Shown: piece by piece, positions 47,875 to 58,645 of the stretch | How the letters are laid out: each line of letters starts with the position of its first letter | Position numbering within the stretch: the first letter of the stretch is position 1 | DNA from: an uncultured Bacteroidota bacterium | GTDB lineage: Bacteria; Bacteroidota; Bacteroidia; Flavobacteriales; BACL11 | Assembly (NCBI GenBank): GCA_902579065.1 | Contig: CACHFI010000002.1 | Span: forward strand, 2,205-66,204 | Reading direction: 5' to 3' | Length of the DNA: 64,000 nucleotides | Notes under the pieces: model-generated | Seen by the model: the letters and a program-made list of their open reading frames with translations, nothing else | The model's database searches: none | What the model was told of the DNA's origin: nothing | Program-made: the position numbers and the translations under genes

Positions 47875-48849
47875 TTGTCAGAAATAAAAAAAATAAAAAA
47901 ACCTATTGTCGATGAAATGAATGTTTTTGAAGATAAGTTCAAAACATCATTAAAAACTCGTGTGCCTCTTCTTGACAAAATAATGCATTATATAATTAAA
48001 CGAAAAGGCAAGCAAATGAGGCCAATGTTTGTTTTTTTAACTGCTAAGCTTTTTGGAAGCACTAAAGAAAGTGCATATACTGCTGCAAGTCTAATTGAAC
48101 TTCTACACACAGCAACTCTAGTGCATGATGATGTAATAGATGAGGCCAATTTTAGAAGAGGAGTGTTTTCAATAAATGCATTATGGAAAAATAAAATTTC
48201 TGTGTTAGTAGGTGATTTCTTACTATCAAGAGGCCTTTTACTTGCTGTAGAAAAAGAAGAATTTAATCTTTTAAAAATTGTTAGTAAAGCAGTTAAAGAA
48301 ATGAGCGAAGGAGAATTATTGCAAATTGAAAAGACTAGAAAATTAAATATTACAGAAGAGATTTATTTTGAAATAATTAGAAAAAAAACCGCAACATTAA
48401 TTTCTGCTTGTTGTGAGTCTGGAGCTGCATCAGCTAAAACTTCTGAAAAAAATATTGAACTTATGAGGATTTTTGGTGAAAAAGTAGGCCTTGCTTTTCA
48501 AATCAAAGATGACTTGTTTGATTACACTCAAAATCCTTTAATAGGCAAGCCAACAGGTTTAGATATTAGAGAGAAAAAAATGACTCTTCCTTTAATATTC
48601 ACCTTAAACAAGGTTGAAAAAAAAGAAAAAGATTTTATTATCAATACTATTAAAAATGACAGTAAAAACTCTAAAAAAGTACAACAAATAATTAATTTAG
48701 TGAAAGAAAATAAAGGATTAGAATTCGCTGAAAATAAAATGATTGATTTGTATAATGAAGCCATTGAACTGCTGTCAGATTTTGAAGAAAATGATGCTAA
48801 GCAATCATTAATCCAATTAGTTAATTATGTTATAAAAAGGAAACGATGA
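47875..48849 (+). CDS. ispB: Long-chain polyprenyl-diphosphate synthase
   Basis: First DDxxD in LVHDDVIDEA, second in FQIKDDLFDY. TTG start. Confidence 0.8.
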   Translation: MSEIKKIKKPIVDEMNVFEDKFKTSLKTRVPLLDKIMHYIIKRKGKQMRPMFVFLTAKLFGSTKESAYTAASLIELLHTATLVHDDVIDEANFRRGVFSINALWKNKISVLVGDFLLSRGLLLAVEKEEFNLLKIVSKAVKEMSEGELLQIEKTRKLNITEEIYFEIIRKKTATLISACCESGAASAKTSEKNIELMRIFGEKVGLAFQIKDDLFDYTQNPLIGKPTGLDIREKKMTLPLIFTLNKVEKKEKDFIINTIKNDSKNSKKVQQIINLVKENKGLEFAENKMIDLYNEAIELLSDFEENDAKQSLIQLVNYVIKRKR

Positions 48850-50726
48850 TTCCCAAGGAAACAATTGATGAAATATTTGAAGCTGCAAAAATTGAAGAAG
48901 TAATTTCTGATTTTGTAACATTAAAAAAAAGAGGTGCTAATCTTTTAGGACTATGTCCTTTTCATAATGAAAAAACCCCTTCATTTACGGTGTCACCAAG
49001 CAAAGGGATATATAAATGTTTTGGCTGTGGAGAAGGGGGTAATAGTGTAAGTTTTTTAATGGATAAGGAACATTATTCATACCCTGAAGCTCTAAAGTAT
49101 TTAGCTAGAAAATATAATATTGAAATTGTTGAGCAGGCAATGACTGAAGAACAAGTAGAAAGAGCAAGTGAAAAAGACAGTCTTTATATAATTTCAAAAT
49201 TTGCAAAAGATTTTTTCACCAATGAACTTTGGGAATCTGAAGAGGGCAAAACAATTGGACTTAATTATTTCAAAGAAAGGGGTTACTCTGAAGAAATTAT
49301 CAAAAAATTTGAGCTGGGATATAGTCCAAAATCTAAGGATGCTTTAAGTAAAAAGAGTATAAAAAATCAGTATTCTAAAGAATCTTTATTAAAATCAGGA
49401 CTATCTATTGAAATTGATAAAAAAGCTTTGATTGATAGATTTAGAGAAAGAGTAATATTTCCTATTCACAGTTTTTCAGGAAGAATTTTAGGTTTTGGAG
49501 GAAGAGCATTAAATCCAAATGCTAAAGCTAAATATCAAAATTCTCCTGAATCATTGATATACAATAAAAGTAAAATTCTATACGGAATATTTTTTGCTAA
49601 AAATGCAATTAGCAAAAATAATAACTGCTTTATTGTCGAGGGCTATACAGATGTAATCTCCTTATATCAAAAAGGCGTGGAAAATGTAGTTTCAGCATCA
49701 GGGACAGCATTGAGTATAGATCAGATAAAATTGATAAGTAGATTTACAAATAATATTTCAATATTATTTGATGGCGACTCTGCAGGTATAAAAGCTTCCT
49801 TTAGAAGTGTAGATTTAATTCTAAAAGAAGGGATGAATGTAAAAGTAATTCCGTTTCCTGAAAATGAAGATCCCGACTCATTTGCCAAACAAAACACTTC
49901 AGAAGATCTCAAAACTTTTTTAGAAAAAAATGCAATTGATTTTATCACTTACAAAACAAAAATTTTAAATGCTGAAAGTGAAGAAGATCCAATAAAAAGA
50001 GTAGCTATTATTAAGGAAATTATAAGATCAATAGCTTTAATTCCAGATTACTTAACAAGAACTGAATACTGCAAGGTATGTAGTAAATTATTAGACGTGA
50101 AAGAGAGTGTATTATTAAGAGATATTGATCAAGAAAGAAAAAGAATTAATCTTTCTGAAAATGTTCAAAGAATTGAAAAGGGAAAACCTCCAAACGCTGA
50201 AAAAAATCTTAAAAGAAAAAAATATGAAGAGGAAATAATTAGAATCCTGCTGAACTATGGAGATAAAAAAATAACTTTTGATAATGATACTGTTTTAGTT
50301 TATGATTTCATAATTAATGAATTAGAGGCAGATAATATTACAATTAATAATGAACCACACAACAAAATTTACTCTGAAATCAAGAGACTATCAAGTTTGA
50401 ATAAATTTAACCAATCGTATTTTACATCACATAGAGAAAATGCGATAAACAAACTTTCAATTGATTTGCTTTCAAACAAACATATAATTAGTGAAAATTG
50501 GGCATCTAGACACAAGATTTATACTAGTGTAGAAAGTGAGAATCTAAAAAAAACAGCTGAAAAATCTATACTTATGTTAAAAGCTCAACACGTTGAAGAA
50601 GAAATTACCATGATACAGGCTAAAATAAAATCAAACTCTGCAAAACATGAGGATATTACTTTATTAAATAATTTAATTAAAATTAAAAATAAAATTTCCA
50701 ACCTTGTTGGAAGAACTGGCTTTTAA
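48846..50726 (+). CDS. dnaG: DNA primase
   Basis: Zinc finger CPFHNEKTPSFTVSPSKGIYKCFGCGEGG, TOPRIM EGYTDV...FDGDSAG. Confidence 0.9.
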   Translation: MIPKETIDEIFEAAKIEEVISDFVTLKKRGANLLGLCPFHNEKTPSFTVSPSKGIYKCFGCGEGGNSVSFLMDKEHYSYPEALKYLARKYNIEIVEQAMTEEQVERASEKDSLYIISKFAKDFFTNELWESEEGKTIGLNYFKERGYSEEIIKKFELGYSPKSKDALSKKSIKNQYSKESLLKSGLSIEIDKKALIDRFRERVIFPIHSFSGRILGFGGRALNPNAKAKYQNSPESLIYNKSKILYGIFFAKNAISKNNNCFIVEGYTDVISLYQKGVENVVSASGTALSIDQIKLISRFTNNISILFDGDSAGIKASFRSVDLILKEGMNVKVIPFPENEDPDSFAKQNTSEDLKTFLEKNAIDFITYKTKILNAESEEDPIKRVAIIKEIIRSIALIPDYLTRTEYCKVCSKLLDVKESVLLRDIDQERKRINLSENVQRIEKGKPPNAEKNLKRKKYEEEIIRILLNYGDKKITFDNDTVLVYDFIINELEADNITINNEPHNKIYSEIKRLSSLNKFNQSYFTSHRENAINKLSIDLLSNKHIISENWASRHKIYTSVESENLKKTAEKSILMLKAQHVEEEITMIQAKIKSNSAKHEDITLLNNLIKIKNKISNLVGRTGF

Positions 50727-52396
50727 TAAAAATCCTTAATAATAAGCTGTAATTCTCTTTTATTATTCCAAAAATTTTCGCCTAAACTATAACACAAATT
50801 AATTCTATCTCCATTGAGTTCTTTAAGCTGAGAAGCTAAATTAAATCCAATTCCTTTAATGATTCTATTATTGGTTTCTATGGTGAATTGCACGTGTGTT
50901 TGAGATTCTCCTACAAGTCTTGGAGGATATTTCAATTTAAGATCATAACTACAAAAAATTGGCTCTGGATTTCCTGGACCAAATGGAGAGAATTGTTTAA
51001 CTATTCTGTAAAATTTATCATCTAAGCCGTTTAAATCTAAATTAAGATCAATATCTATTTTATTTTTAAGTAATTCTTTGTCAATATTACCACTAACTAA
51101 TAATTCGAAGCGATTCTTAAATGATTCATAATTTTCCTTTTTAATTGTTATTCCTGCGGCATACTTGTGCCCTCCAAAATTTTCACAAAGATCTTCACAT
51201 TTACTAATTATTTCATAAATATTAAAATTACTAATTGATCTAGCTGACCCAGTCATTTTCCCATTACTTTCTGAAAAAACAATTGTTGGTCTATAGTGTT
51301 TTTCTATTAACTTAGAGGCAACTATGCCAATTACTCCTTTGTGCCAATTACTTGATGCTACTACTGTTGTATATGAATTATAATCTATCTGCTTAAGAGC
51401 TTCTTCAAAGATTTCATTTTGAATTTTTTTTCGCTCATTGTTGAGGAAAAAAAGAGTTTCTGCATATTTTTCTGCTTGCTCCAATTCTTTTTCAATTAGC
51501 AATTTAACTGCATCACCAGCATGTGAAATTCTTCCAGCTGCATTGATCATTGGAGCAATTCCAAATAAAACTTCAGATGATGAAATATCTTTAGTTTTAG
51601 ATAATCTATTGAGTAAAGAAAAAAGGCCTATACTAGGATTTTCATTTAATTTAAGTATTCCATGAAAAGTATATATTCTGTTTTCACCTATAATTGGAAC
51701 AATGTCAGCAAGATTAGCAACTGCTACAAAATCAAGATATTCGTACACCTTACTTAAATCAAGTTTATTTTTCTGATAATAAGCTAAAATTAATTTAAAT
51801 CCCACACCACATCCACACAAATCCTTAAATGGATAATTACATTCTTTTTGCTTGGGATTTAAAATAGCATCTGCATTTGGATTGGATTTTCCAGGATTAT
51901 GATGGTCGCAAATAATAACATCAATCCCCATACTTTTAGCATAAGCAATATTCTCAACATCTCTAATTCCACAGTCTAAAGTAATAATCAAATCAACACT
52001 GTTTTCTAATGCAAAATCAATTCCTCTTTTTGAAACACCATATCCTTCCTCATATCTATCTGGACAATAAAATTGATAATTTATTTGCTGAGATGATAAA
52101 AACAAGCACATCATTGAAACTGATGTAACTCCATCAACATCATAATCTCCGTAAACCAAAACATTTTCATGAGTATTTTTTGCTTGAATTATTCTGTCAA
52201 CAGCAAGGTCCATGTCTTTCATTAAAAAAGGAGAGTGTGTGTGTTTTAAATTTGGGCGAAAAAAATCTTTTGCTGAATTAAAATCAAATACTTCTCGTTT
52301 AATTAGTAAATGAGCTATATCTTCAGAAACATTTAAATCTTTTGCAAGTTTGGAAATTAAACTAACGTCCTTTTTTATATAACTCCATTTTTTCAT
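50723..52396 (-). CDS. recJ: Single-stranded-DNA-specific exonuclease RecJ
   Basis: DHH-family motifs GDYDVDG, TLDCG, ICDHH, GGHKYAAG. Confidence 0.9.
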   Translation of the reverse strand: MKKWSYIKKDVSLISKLAKDLNVSEDIAHLLIKREVFDFNSAKDFFRPNLKHTHSPFLMKDMDLAVDRIIQAKNTHENVLVYGDYDVDGVTSVSMMCLFLSSQQINYQFYCPDRYEEGYGVSKRGIDFALENSVDLIITLDCGIRDVENIAYAKSMGIDVIICDHHNPGKSNPNADAILNPKQKECNYPFKDLCGCGVGFKLILAYYQKNKLDLSKVYEYLDFVAVANLADIVPIIGENRIYTFHGILKLNENPSIGLFSLLNRLSKTKDISSSEVLFGIAPMINAAGRISHAGDAVKLLIEKELEQAEKYAETLFFLNNERKKIQNEIFEEALKQIDYNSYTTVVASSNWHKGVIGIVASKLIEKHYRPTIVFSESNGKMTGSARSISNFNIYEIISKCEDLCENFGGHKYAAGITIKKENYESFKNRFELLVSGNIDKELLKNKIDIDLNLDLNGLDDKFYRIVKQFSPFGPGNPEPIFCSYDLKLKYPPRLVGESQTHVQFTIETNNRIIKGIGFNLASQLKELNGDRINLCYSLGENFWNNKRELQLIIKDFY

Positions 52397-53064
52397 TTAC
52401 CTCCTTCAATAACAATTACAAACTCCCCCTTAATTTTAGCTCGAGAAAAATAATCAAGTACCTCTTTCACTGTACCTCTTTTGGTTTCCTCATAAATTTT
52501 AGTTAACTCTCTACTAACACTTACTTTTCTGCCACTACCGAAAATTTCAATTAGAGAGGATAATGTTTTTAATAGTCTATGAGGCGATTCATAAAGTACA
52601 ATTGTTCTTTCCTCGGCTTTTAATTTCAATAATCTTTTTAAACGTCCTTTTTTATGAGGAAGAAAACCTTCAAATACAAACCTATCGCTTGCAAGGCCTG
52701 AATTAACCAACGCAGGAATTAGAGCTGTAGGACCAGGAAGTGTTTCAACTAAAATGTCGTTTTTAATACATTCTCTTACTAGTAAAAATCCAGGGTCAGA
52801 AATTGATGGTGTTCCTGCATCAGAAATAATAGCATAGTTAATGCCTGATTTAATATTTTCAATAATTTTCATTAGTTTTTGATGCTCATTGTATTGATGG
52901 TAAGATATAATCTTTGTAGAAATATTATAATGATTTAATAATTTTTTGCTTTTTCTAGTATCTTCAGCTAAAATACAATCTACATTTTTTAAAGTTATGA
53001 TGGCTCTAAATGTAATGTCTTCTAAATTGCCAATGGGTGTTGGTATGATGTAAATCTTATTCAT
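52393..53064 (-). CDS. rsmI: 16S rRNA (cytidine1402-2'-O)-methyltransferase
   Basis: IYIIPTPIGNLEDIT, AEDTR and SDAGTPSISDPG motifs. Confidence 0.9.
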   Translation of the reverse strand: MNKIYIIPTPIGNLEDITFRAIITLKNVDCILAEDTRKSKKLLNHYNISTKIISYHQYNEHQKLMKIIENIKSGINYAIISDAGTPSISDPGFLLVRECIKNDILVETLPGPTALIPALVNSGLASDRFVFEGFLPHKKGRLKRLLKLKAEERTIVLYESPHRLLKTLSSLIEIFGSGRKVSVSRELTKIYEETKRGTVKEVLDYFSRAKIKGEFVIVIEGGK

Positions 53065-53069
53065 ATTAA

Positions 53070-53957
53070 TTACATAAAAAAAGGATGAAATTTAAAATTG
53101 GGTGATATTTGAAGTGTTGGACTAGGCAGCTTATAGTATTTTAAAATAAATTTAATCTTTTTTGCAAATGGTGTATCCCAATTTCTTAAAATATATTTTA
53201 TGTCATAATCTATTGCAAAATAAAATTCTTGATTTCCTCCCATTTTAGTTCCTCCATTTAAATATTGCGTATCATCTAGACCAAATCCAAAAGCTAAATC
53301 AATATAATCAGGAAACTTAACATCCTCAATGATTCTATTAACATCTATTGTCATCCAGTAAGTTTGGTTTGGATAATCATCATACCAAGAAAATTGACTT
53401 GGTGTTCTACCCCTTTCTGCTTCCAATTCCCAATAAATGTTTGAACGTTTAAAATATGAAAACTTAAAATCAATTGCTTTTAAAGGTTCATGATATTCTT
53501 GAAAAACAGGCCAAAAAGAACCCAAAGATCCTATACTAAAATCCCACATACTAAAACCCCAATAAGGTGCATAAGCATCTTTCATTTCAATAGCTAATTG
53601 TATTCCAGAGCCAAATAAAGCGCCATACCATAATGATTTTTTATTACTGAATCCTGCCCATCTATATGAAGAGCTGAAAAGATCAGAAGCATATACCCCC
53701 CCAAAAAAATGTGCTGCCTTATCAACATTAAGCGCATAAACTAAATCATTACCAGGATCAAAACGAAAATTATTCGACATGTCACTCCACCATGAATTTT
53801 GCACATAATAAAATGATGCGCCAAAATATAATCCCAACGAACTACTCACTAAAACAACTCTGTTTTTATTTACTCTAATTGAATCTTTTGATTGTCCATT
53901 TGAGTATTTTAAAAAAAACATAACCAAAATAACTAACAACAAATTTTTGTTTTTCAT
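53070..53957 (-). CDS. DUF2279-like exported protein
   Basis: Signal peptide, Trp/Tyr/Gly-rich sequence with DKAAHFFGG block. Family call made from memory only. Confidence 0.45.
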   Translation of the reverse strand: MKNKNLLLVILVMFFLKYSNGQSKDSIRVNKNRVVLVSSSLGLYFGASFYYVQNSWWSDMSNNFRFDPGNDLVYALNVDKAAHFFGGVYASDLFSSSYRWAGFSNKKSLWYGALFGSGIQLAIEMKDAYAPYWGFSMWDFSIGSLGSFWPVFQEYHEPLKAIDFKFSYFKRSNIYWELEAERGRTPSQFSWYDDYPNQTYWMTIDVNRIIEDVKFPDYIDLAFGFGLDDTQYLNGGTKMGGNQEFYFAIDYDIKYILRNWDTPFAKKIKFILKYYKLPSPTLQISPNFKFHPFFM

Positions 53958-54005
53958 TTAGATGTAATGGGGGTTTTATATTTTTGTTAACAAACATAAT
54001 TAAAA

Positions 54006-54578
54006 GTGGGTACACAAAAGACAAACATTAGAGGCGAAATTGAAGTTATCTGTGGATCCATGTTTTCTGGAAAAACTAAACTCCTAATAAAAAAAATTAG
54101 AGATGCCAAAAATAATAACTTAGTAGTAAGTGTCTTTAAACCAAAAATTGATACCAGATATAATGAAAGTAAAATTGTCTCTCATGAAAAAAATGAAATA
54201 AATGCGATACCTATTAAAAAATCTTCTGATATTATTAAACTTTCTAAATCTGCAAAGCTAATAGCAATTGATGAGGTACAATTTTTCGATAATAAAATTA
54301 TTGAGACCTGTAAAAAATTATCTCAACAAAATAAACATATCATTCTTGCGGGTTTAGATATGGATTATCTTGGGGAGCCTTTTGGTCCTATGCCAAAATT
54401 AATTGATATAGCAAATAATGTAATTCGTTTAAATGCTATTTGTGATATATGCAATCAAAAAGCTTATCATACTTATCGAAAATCTAAATCTACAAAAACC
54501 ATAATGCTTGGCGAGAAAAAAGAATACCTTGCGCTATGTAGGCAATGTTTTAATGAAAAAACCAAAAAGAATGGATAA
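54006..54578 (+). CDS. tdk: Thymidine kinase
   Basis: P-loop GSMFSGKT, DEVQFF, zinc-ribbon cysteines (C..C...C..C). GTG start. Confidence 0.9.
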   Translation: MGTQKTNIRGEIEVICGSMFSGKTKLLIKKIRDAKNNNLVVSVFKPKIDTRYNESKIVSHEKNEINAIPIKKSSDIIKLSKSAKLIAIDEVQFFDNKIIETCKKLSQQNKHIILAGLDMDYLGEPFGPMPKLIDIANNVIRLNAICDICNQKAYHTYRKSKSTKTIMLGEKKEYLALCRQCFNEKTKKNG

Positions 54579-55638
54579 TTTTCATGAATCAATATTTGAG
54601 ATCAACCTAAAATATCTCAAACAAAACTTTGATTTTCTAAAAAAGAAAATAAAGCCAAAAACAAATATTATTGCTGTTGTTAAAGCTTTTGCTTATGGGC
54701 ATGGAGATATTAAAGTTGCTCAAACACTAGAAAAATTAAATGTTAATGCGCTGTGGGTTGCTGATTTTGAAGAAGGAGTAATTTTAAGAAAAAATGGTAT
54801 TGACACTCCTATTATTATTGCAAATACAAGCCCAAAATCTATTGAGCAAATACTTAAATATAAACTTGATGTTGTCGTATATAATTTTAGGGTTTTAAAT
54901 GAGCTAATTTCAAAAAATCAAAAAATAAATATTCATTTAAAATTTAATTCTGGAATGAATAGGTTTGGATTTTCTTTTGATGAAATAAGTGAAATTAAAG
55001 CAAGGTTAAAAAATGCCAAAAACATTAAAATTTCTTCAATATGCTCACACCTTTCTTCCAGCAGAGACAAGGACAAGGACGAAACAACAAATTTGCAACT
55101 GAAAAATTTTAAAAAAATATCTTCCAGTTTTTCTGATGTCCAATGTAAACATATTTTAAATACGAGTGGGGTAATTAGATTTTCTGATCATCAATACACA
55201 GCTGTTAGATTAGGTATTGGATTATTTGGAGTTCATAAAATAAAAAATCTAAAACCTATTGGTAGTTTATCAACCACAATAAGTCAAATAAGGACAATTT
55301 ATAAAAATGACATAATTGGATACGGAGGTCGATTTAAAGCTACTAAACAAATGAAAATTGGCATAGTTCCTTTTGGTTATGCTGATGGGCTTGATAGAAA
55401 ACTCGGAAACGGAAATGGCACCCTTTATGTTGGTGGGTTTGATTGTAAAATTCTTGGTGAAATCAGTATGGATTCATGTGTTATTGATTTAAGTAAAACT
55501 TCTGCAAAAGAAGGTGATAGAGTAGAGATTTTTGGAGAACATAACGACATATACTCTATATGTAATAAAATTGAATCTATTCCTTATGAGTTTTTATCTA
55601 AAATTAATAGGAGAATAAAAAGAGTCTATATCAATTAG
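54571..55638 (+). CDS. alr: Alanine racemase
   Basis: PLP-lysine motif VVKAFAYGHG. Start at MDNFHESIFEINL (8-nt overlap with tdk) is preferred over 54508 or 54553. Confidence 0.85.
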   Translation: MDNFHESIFEINLKYLKQNFDFLKKKIKPKTNIIAVVKAFAYGHGDIKVAQTLEKLNVNALWVADFEEGVILRKNGIDTPIIIANTSPKSIEQILKYKLDVVVYNFRVLNELISKNQKINIHLKFNSGMNRFGFSFDEISEIKARLKNAKNIKISSICSHLSSSRDKDKDETTNLQLKNFKKISSSFSDVQCKHILNTSGVIRFSDHQYTAVRLGIGLFGVHKIKNLKPIGSLSTTISQIRTIYKNDIIGYGGRFKATKQMKIGIVPFGYADGLDRKLGNGNGTLYVGGFDCKILGEISMDSCVIDLSKTSAKEGDRVEIFGEHNDIYSICNKIESIPYEFLSKINRRIKRVYIN

Positions 55639-57271
55639 AAACTTTCAAAACAGAATCATAAAGATTTTGTTGAGCTAAATATTTAATAGCTTCTTGCACC
55701 TCCTTATCATATTTTAAAGAAGTTCTAATTCTACCCTCTTGAAAATAGTATCTAGACACTATCTCTTCACTCAAAATCTCTTTAATTATATCTTTATTTC
55801 TGTTTAAATCATTTTTCTTATTAATTTCAAATTCATTAGATAAATCAAGAAACTTACTTTCAATAAATTCAAAATATTTTTCATTTTCAGATGTTGATTT
55901 TAAGTCTTCAAGAGCTTTTTCTGTTTCAGTTTTGTAATCATAAGATTTATCACTTAAAAAATTAACAAAAGAATTAAAGTCTTTATCATTCATTGTAAAA
56001 GAGCTATCTAAAGAAGCATTGGAATGCTTAAAATATGTTGCATAATCAAAAAATAATCGCTCTTGAATTAGTGAAACAATTAAATTACTGATATCATCTT
56101 GATCTACCTCAACATCTGGTTTAATTCCTCCCCCATCATAAACTGTCCTTCCATTTTTAGTTTTAAATGCTGTCATTAAAGAGTCCGGCACTTTTCCAAC
56201 GCTTCCGTCTTCGTTTCTATTTGAATAATCCAAAGCCTGAATGCATCTCCCACTTGGAATATAATATTTTGCAACAGTTAATTTGAGTTGAGAATTATAA
56301 CTTAATTTTTTTGTTTGTTGAACTAATCCTTTTCCAAAACTACGCTTTCCTATTACAATACCTCTGTCTAAATCTTGAATTGCTCCAGCAACAATTTCAG
56401 ATGCTGATGCAGAGCTTTGATTAATTAACACAACAATAGGAGTTTCAAGGTCTAGGGGTGGTCTTGAGGCTTTATAAACTTTATCCCATGACTGAATTTT
56501 ACCCTTGGTACTTACAACTTCTTGGCCTTTCTCAACAAATAAATTTACTATACTTACAGACTCGTTTAATAGTCCCCCTGGATTGCCGCGAAGATCTAAA
56601 ATAAGTCCCCTCAATTCTCCTTGTTTTTTCAAATCCAAAAGAGCTTCCTTAATATCTTTACTACAGTCTCTTGTAAAACTTCGTAATTTTATATAACCTA
56701 TTCCATCATCAACATAAGAAAAGTAGGGCACGCTTTTGACAGAAATTTTTTGTCTTTTAAAATTAACGGTAAAAGGTTCTTTCATATATGGTCTTTCAAT
56801 AAGTAATTCAACAGCTGTATTTGGCTGCCCTTTTAGAGCCTTACTAACCTCCTCAGTGTTTTTTCCTTTTGCACTTTCTCCGTCTATTTCTAAAATTTTA
56901 TCACCCGCAATTAAACCTGCCTTTTGAGCTGGAAAACCCTTGTATGGCTCACTAATAAAAACATAGTCTTTTCTTTTTGTAATTACTGCGCCAATACCCC
57001 CATATTGACCGGTTGTCATAAATTGAAAATCTTCTATTTCTGATTCCGGAATATAATTAGTATATGGGTCTAATGATTTAAGCATTTTATCAATAGCTGT
57101 TTTCATTAACTTACCTGGATCTGTTTCATCTACGTAGTAATTATTCAACTCCCTGTAAACAGTAGTGAATATGTCTAAATTCTTGGCAATCTCAAAATAA
57201 CTATCTGTGAAGCTAAATGAAGATAGAATAACTACACATGAAACAACAAATATTTTTATTTTTTTACTCAT
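55631..57271 (-). CDS. S41-family carboxyl-terminal processing peptidase with PDZ domain
   Basis: PDZ segment PAQKAGLIAGDKILEIDG. DLRGNPGG, SASASEI and GKRSFGKG catalytic blocks. Start at MSKKIKIF. Confidence 0.85.
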   Translation of the reverse strand: MSKKIKIFVVSCVVILSSFSFTDSYFEIAKNLDIFTTVYRELNNYYVDETDPGKLMKTAIDKMLKSLDPYTNYIPESEIEDFQFMTTGQYGGIGAVITKRKDYVFISEPYKGFPAQKAGLIAGDKILEIDGESAKGKNTEEVSKALKGQPNTAVELLIERPYMKEPFTVNFKRQKISVKSVPYFSYVDDGIGYIKLRSFTRDCSKDIKEALLDLKKQGELRGLILDLRGNPGGLLNESVSIVNLFVEKGQEVVSTKGKIQSWDKVYKASRPPLDLETPIVVLINQSSASASEIVAGAIQDLDRGIVIGKRSFGKGLVQQTKKLSYNSQLKLTVAKYYIPSGRCIQALDYSNRNEDGSVGKVPDSLMTAFKTKNGRTVYDGGGIKPDVEVDQDDISNLIVSLIQERLFFDYATYFKHSNASLDSSFTMNDKDFNSFVNFLSDKSYDYKTETEKALEDLKSTSENEKYFEFIESKFLDLSNEFEINKKNDLNRNKDIIKEILSEEIVSRYYFQEGRIRTSLKYDKEVQEAIKYLAQQNLYDSVLKVSN

Positions 57272-57275
57272 TTTA

Positions 57276-57497
57276 TTATGGTGTTGGGTCATAACCACTT
57301 CCTCCCCAGGGATGACATTTAATTATTCGTTTAAAAGTAAGAACAATTCCTTTAAAAGGCCCATGTTTTTTTATTGATTCTTTAGAATACTGTGAACATG
57401 TAGGTGTATAACGACAGCGTGCGGGTATAAGCGGCGAAATTAAATTTTGATATATGTATATAATTGAAAGAAAAATCAAAGAAAAAATATTTTTCAT
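57276..57497 (-). CDS. yidD: Membrane protein insertion efficiency factor YidD
   Basis: YQ..ISP......CRY.PTCSQY...I..HG and CHPW..GGYDP motifs. Confidence 0.9.
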   Translation of the reverse strand: MKNIFSLIFLSIIYIYQNLISPLIPARCRYTPTCSQYSKESIKKHGPFKGIVLTFKRIIKCHPWGGSGYDPTP

Positions 57498-57865
57498 AAT
57501 TTACTAATTAAACGCTTAAATAAAATAATTATTTTTTCTTCAATAATATTTGAGGGATACTTATTTCTACTTTGATAAATTACTGCACAATTCATGTAAA
57601 TTTTATTTTCTTTAAAAAAGTCAATTAAAACAAACTTATTTTTTCTAATAGACTCCTTAATTTGTCTTTTTATATGGTTCCTTTCTACAGCTCCAGATAC
57701 ATTTTTTTTTGGGACAACAATTTGACTTTTTAAATGCTTCTGTGTTTGATTAGACTTTAAGTATACTAATCTTATGAAGTCTTCAGAAATTGATTGCCCA
57801 TTTAAAAATAGATTTTGTATTAATGTTCTATTGCAAAGCCTTTCTGACTTACTAAAGGTGTACAT
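57494..57865 (-). CDS. rnpA: Ribonuclease P protein component
   Basis: 123 aa, basic, with [19 protein letters not shown] (RNR-like motif). 4-nt overlap with yidD. Confidence 0.85.
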   Translation of the reverse strand: MYTFSKSERLCNRTLIQNLFLNGQSISEDFIRLVYLKSNQTQKHLKSQIVVPKKNVSGAVERNHIKRQIKESIRKNKFVLIDFFKENKIYMNCAVIYQSRNKYPSNIIEEKIIILFKRLISKL

Positions 57866-57870
57866 ACTAT

Positions 57871-58635
57871 CTATCTCCTCCTTTTATTTGCCTCTTTTAT
57901 GTACTGATCAAGAGCCATTGACATTGATGGAGCGTTCTTATTTGGGACCTTTATGTCAACGCGAAGCCCATGATCTTCAACAGACTTAACGGTTGTTGGT
58001 CCAAAAATTGCCAGTCTGGTTTCGCCCTGCACAAAGTCAGGGAAGTTTTCAAATAGTGATTTTATTCCAGTTGGACTAAAAAACACCAAAACATCATATT
58101 TTACATCTGCAAGATCTGACAAGTCTGAACACGCAACTTTATACATTTGAGCCATTGTATAGTTAAGATTACTTTCTAGCAATGATTTGTTAACTCTGTT
58201 TTTTAAAACATCTGAACATGGGTATATAAATTTGCTGTCACTATGTTTTTCCATTACCGGAATGAGACTCGCAAAAGTTTGCTCCCCAGTAAATACTTTA
58301 CGTTTCCTAAAAGTTATAAAGTTTTGTAAATAGTGAGCGATTGCCTCAGAAACACAGAAATATTTTGTGTAATCTGGTACCTTAATTCTCAACTTTTCAC
58401 ACATACCAAAATAATGGTCCATGGCATGCTTACTGGTGAAAATCACTGCATCATGATTCAATATACTAATTCTTTGTTCTCTAAATTCAATTGAAGAGAT
58501 TTCTTCAACATGTATAAATGGTCTGTAATCAATTTTTAAATTATATTTTTTCTTTATAACAGCATAGGGACATTTACCCGTGGGCTGAGGCTGTGAAATT
58601 AATATTGATTTAACTTTTGCTTTTACTGAAGACAT
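57871..58635 (-). CDS. Uroporphyrinogen-III synthase (HemD)-like protein
   Basis: Start at MSSVKAKVKSILISQPQP. Two-lobed HemD-like layout (AVIFTSKHAMDHYF ... LVFFSPTGIKSLF). Confidence 0.6.
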   Translation of the reverse strand: MSSVKAKVKSILISQPQPTGKCPYAVIKKKYNLKIDYRPFIHVEEISSIEFREQRISILNHDAVIFTSKHAMDHYFGMCEKLRIKVPDYTKYFCVSEAIAHYLQNFITFRKRKVFTGEQTFASLIPVMEKHSDSKFIYPCSDVLKNRVNKSLLESNLNYTMAQMYKVACSDLSDLADVKYDVLVFFSPTGIKSLFENFPDFVQGETRLAIFGPTTVKSVEDHGLRVDIKVPNKNAPSMSMALDQYIKEANKRRR

Positions 58636-58645
58636 TGCTAATATT

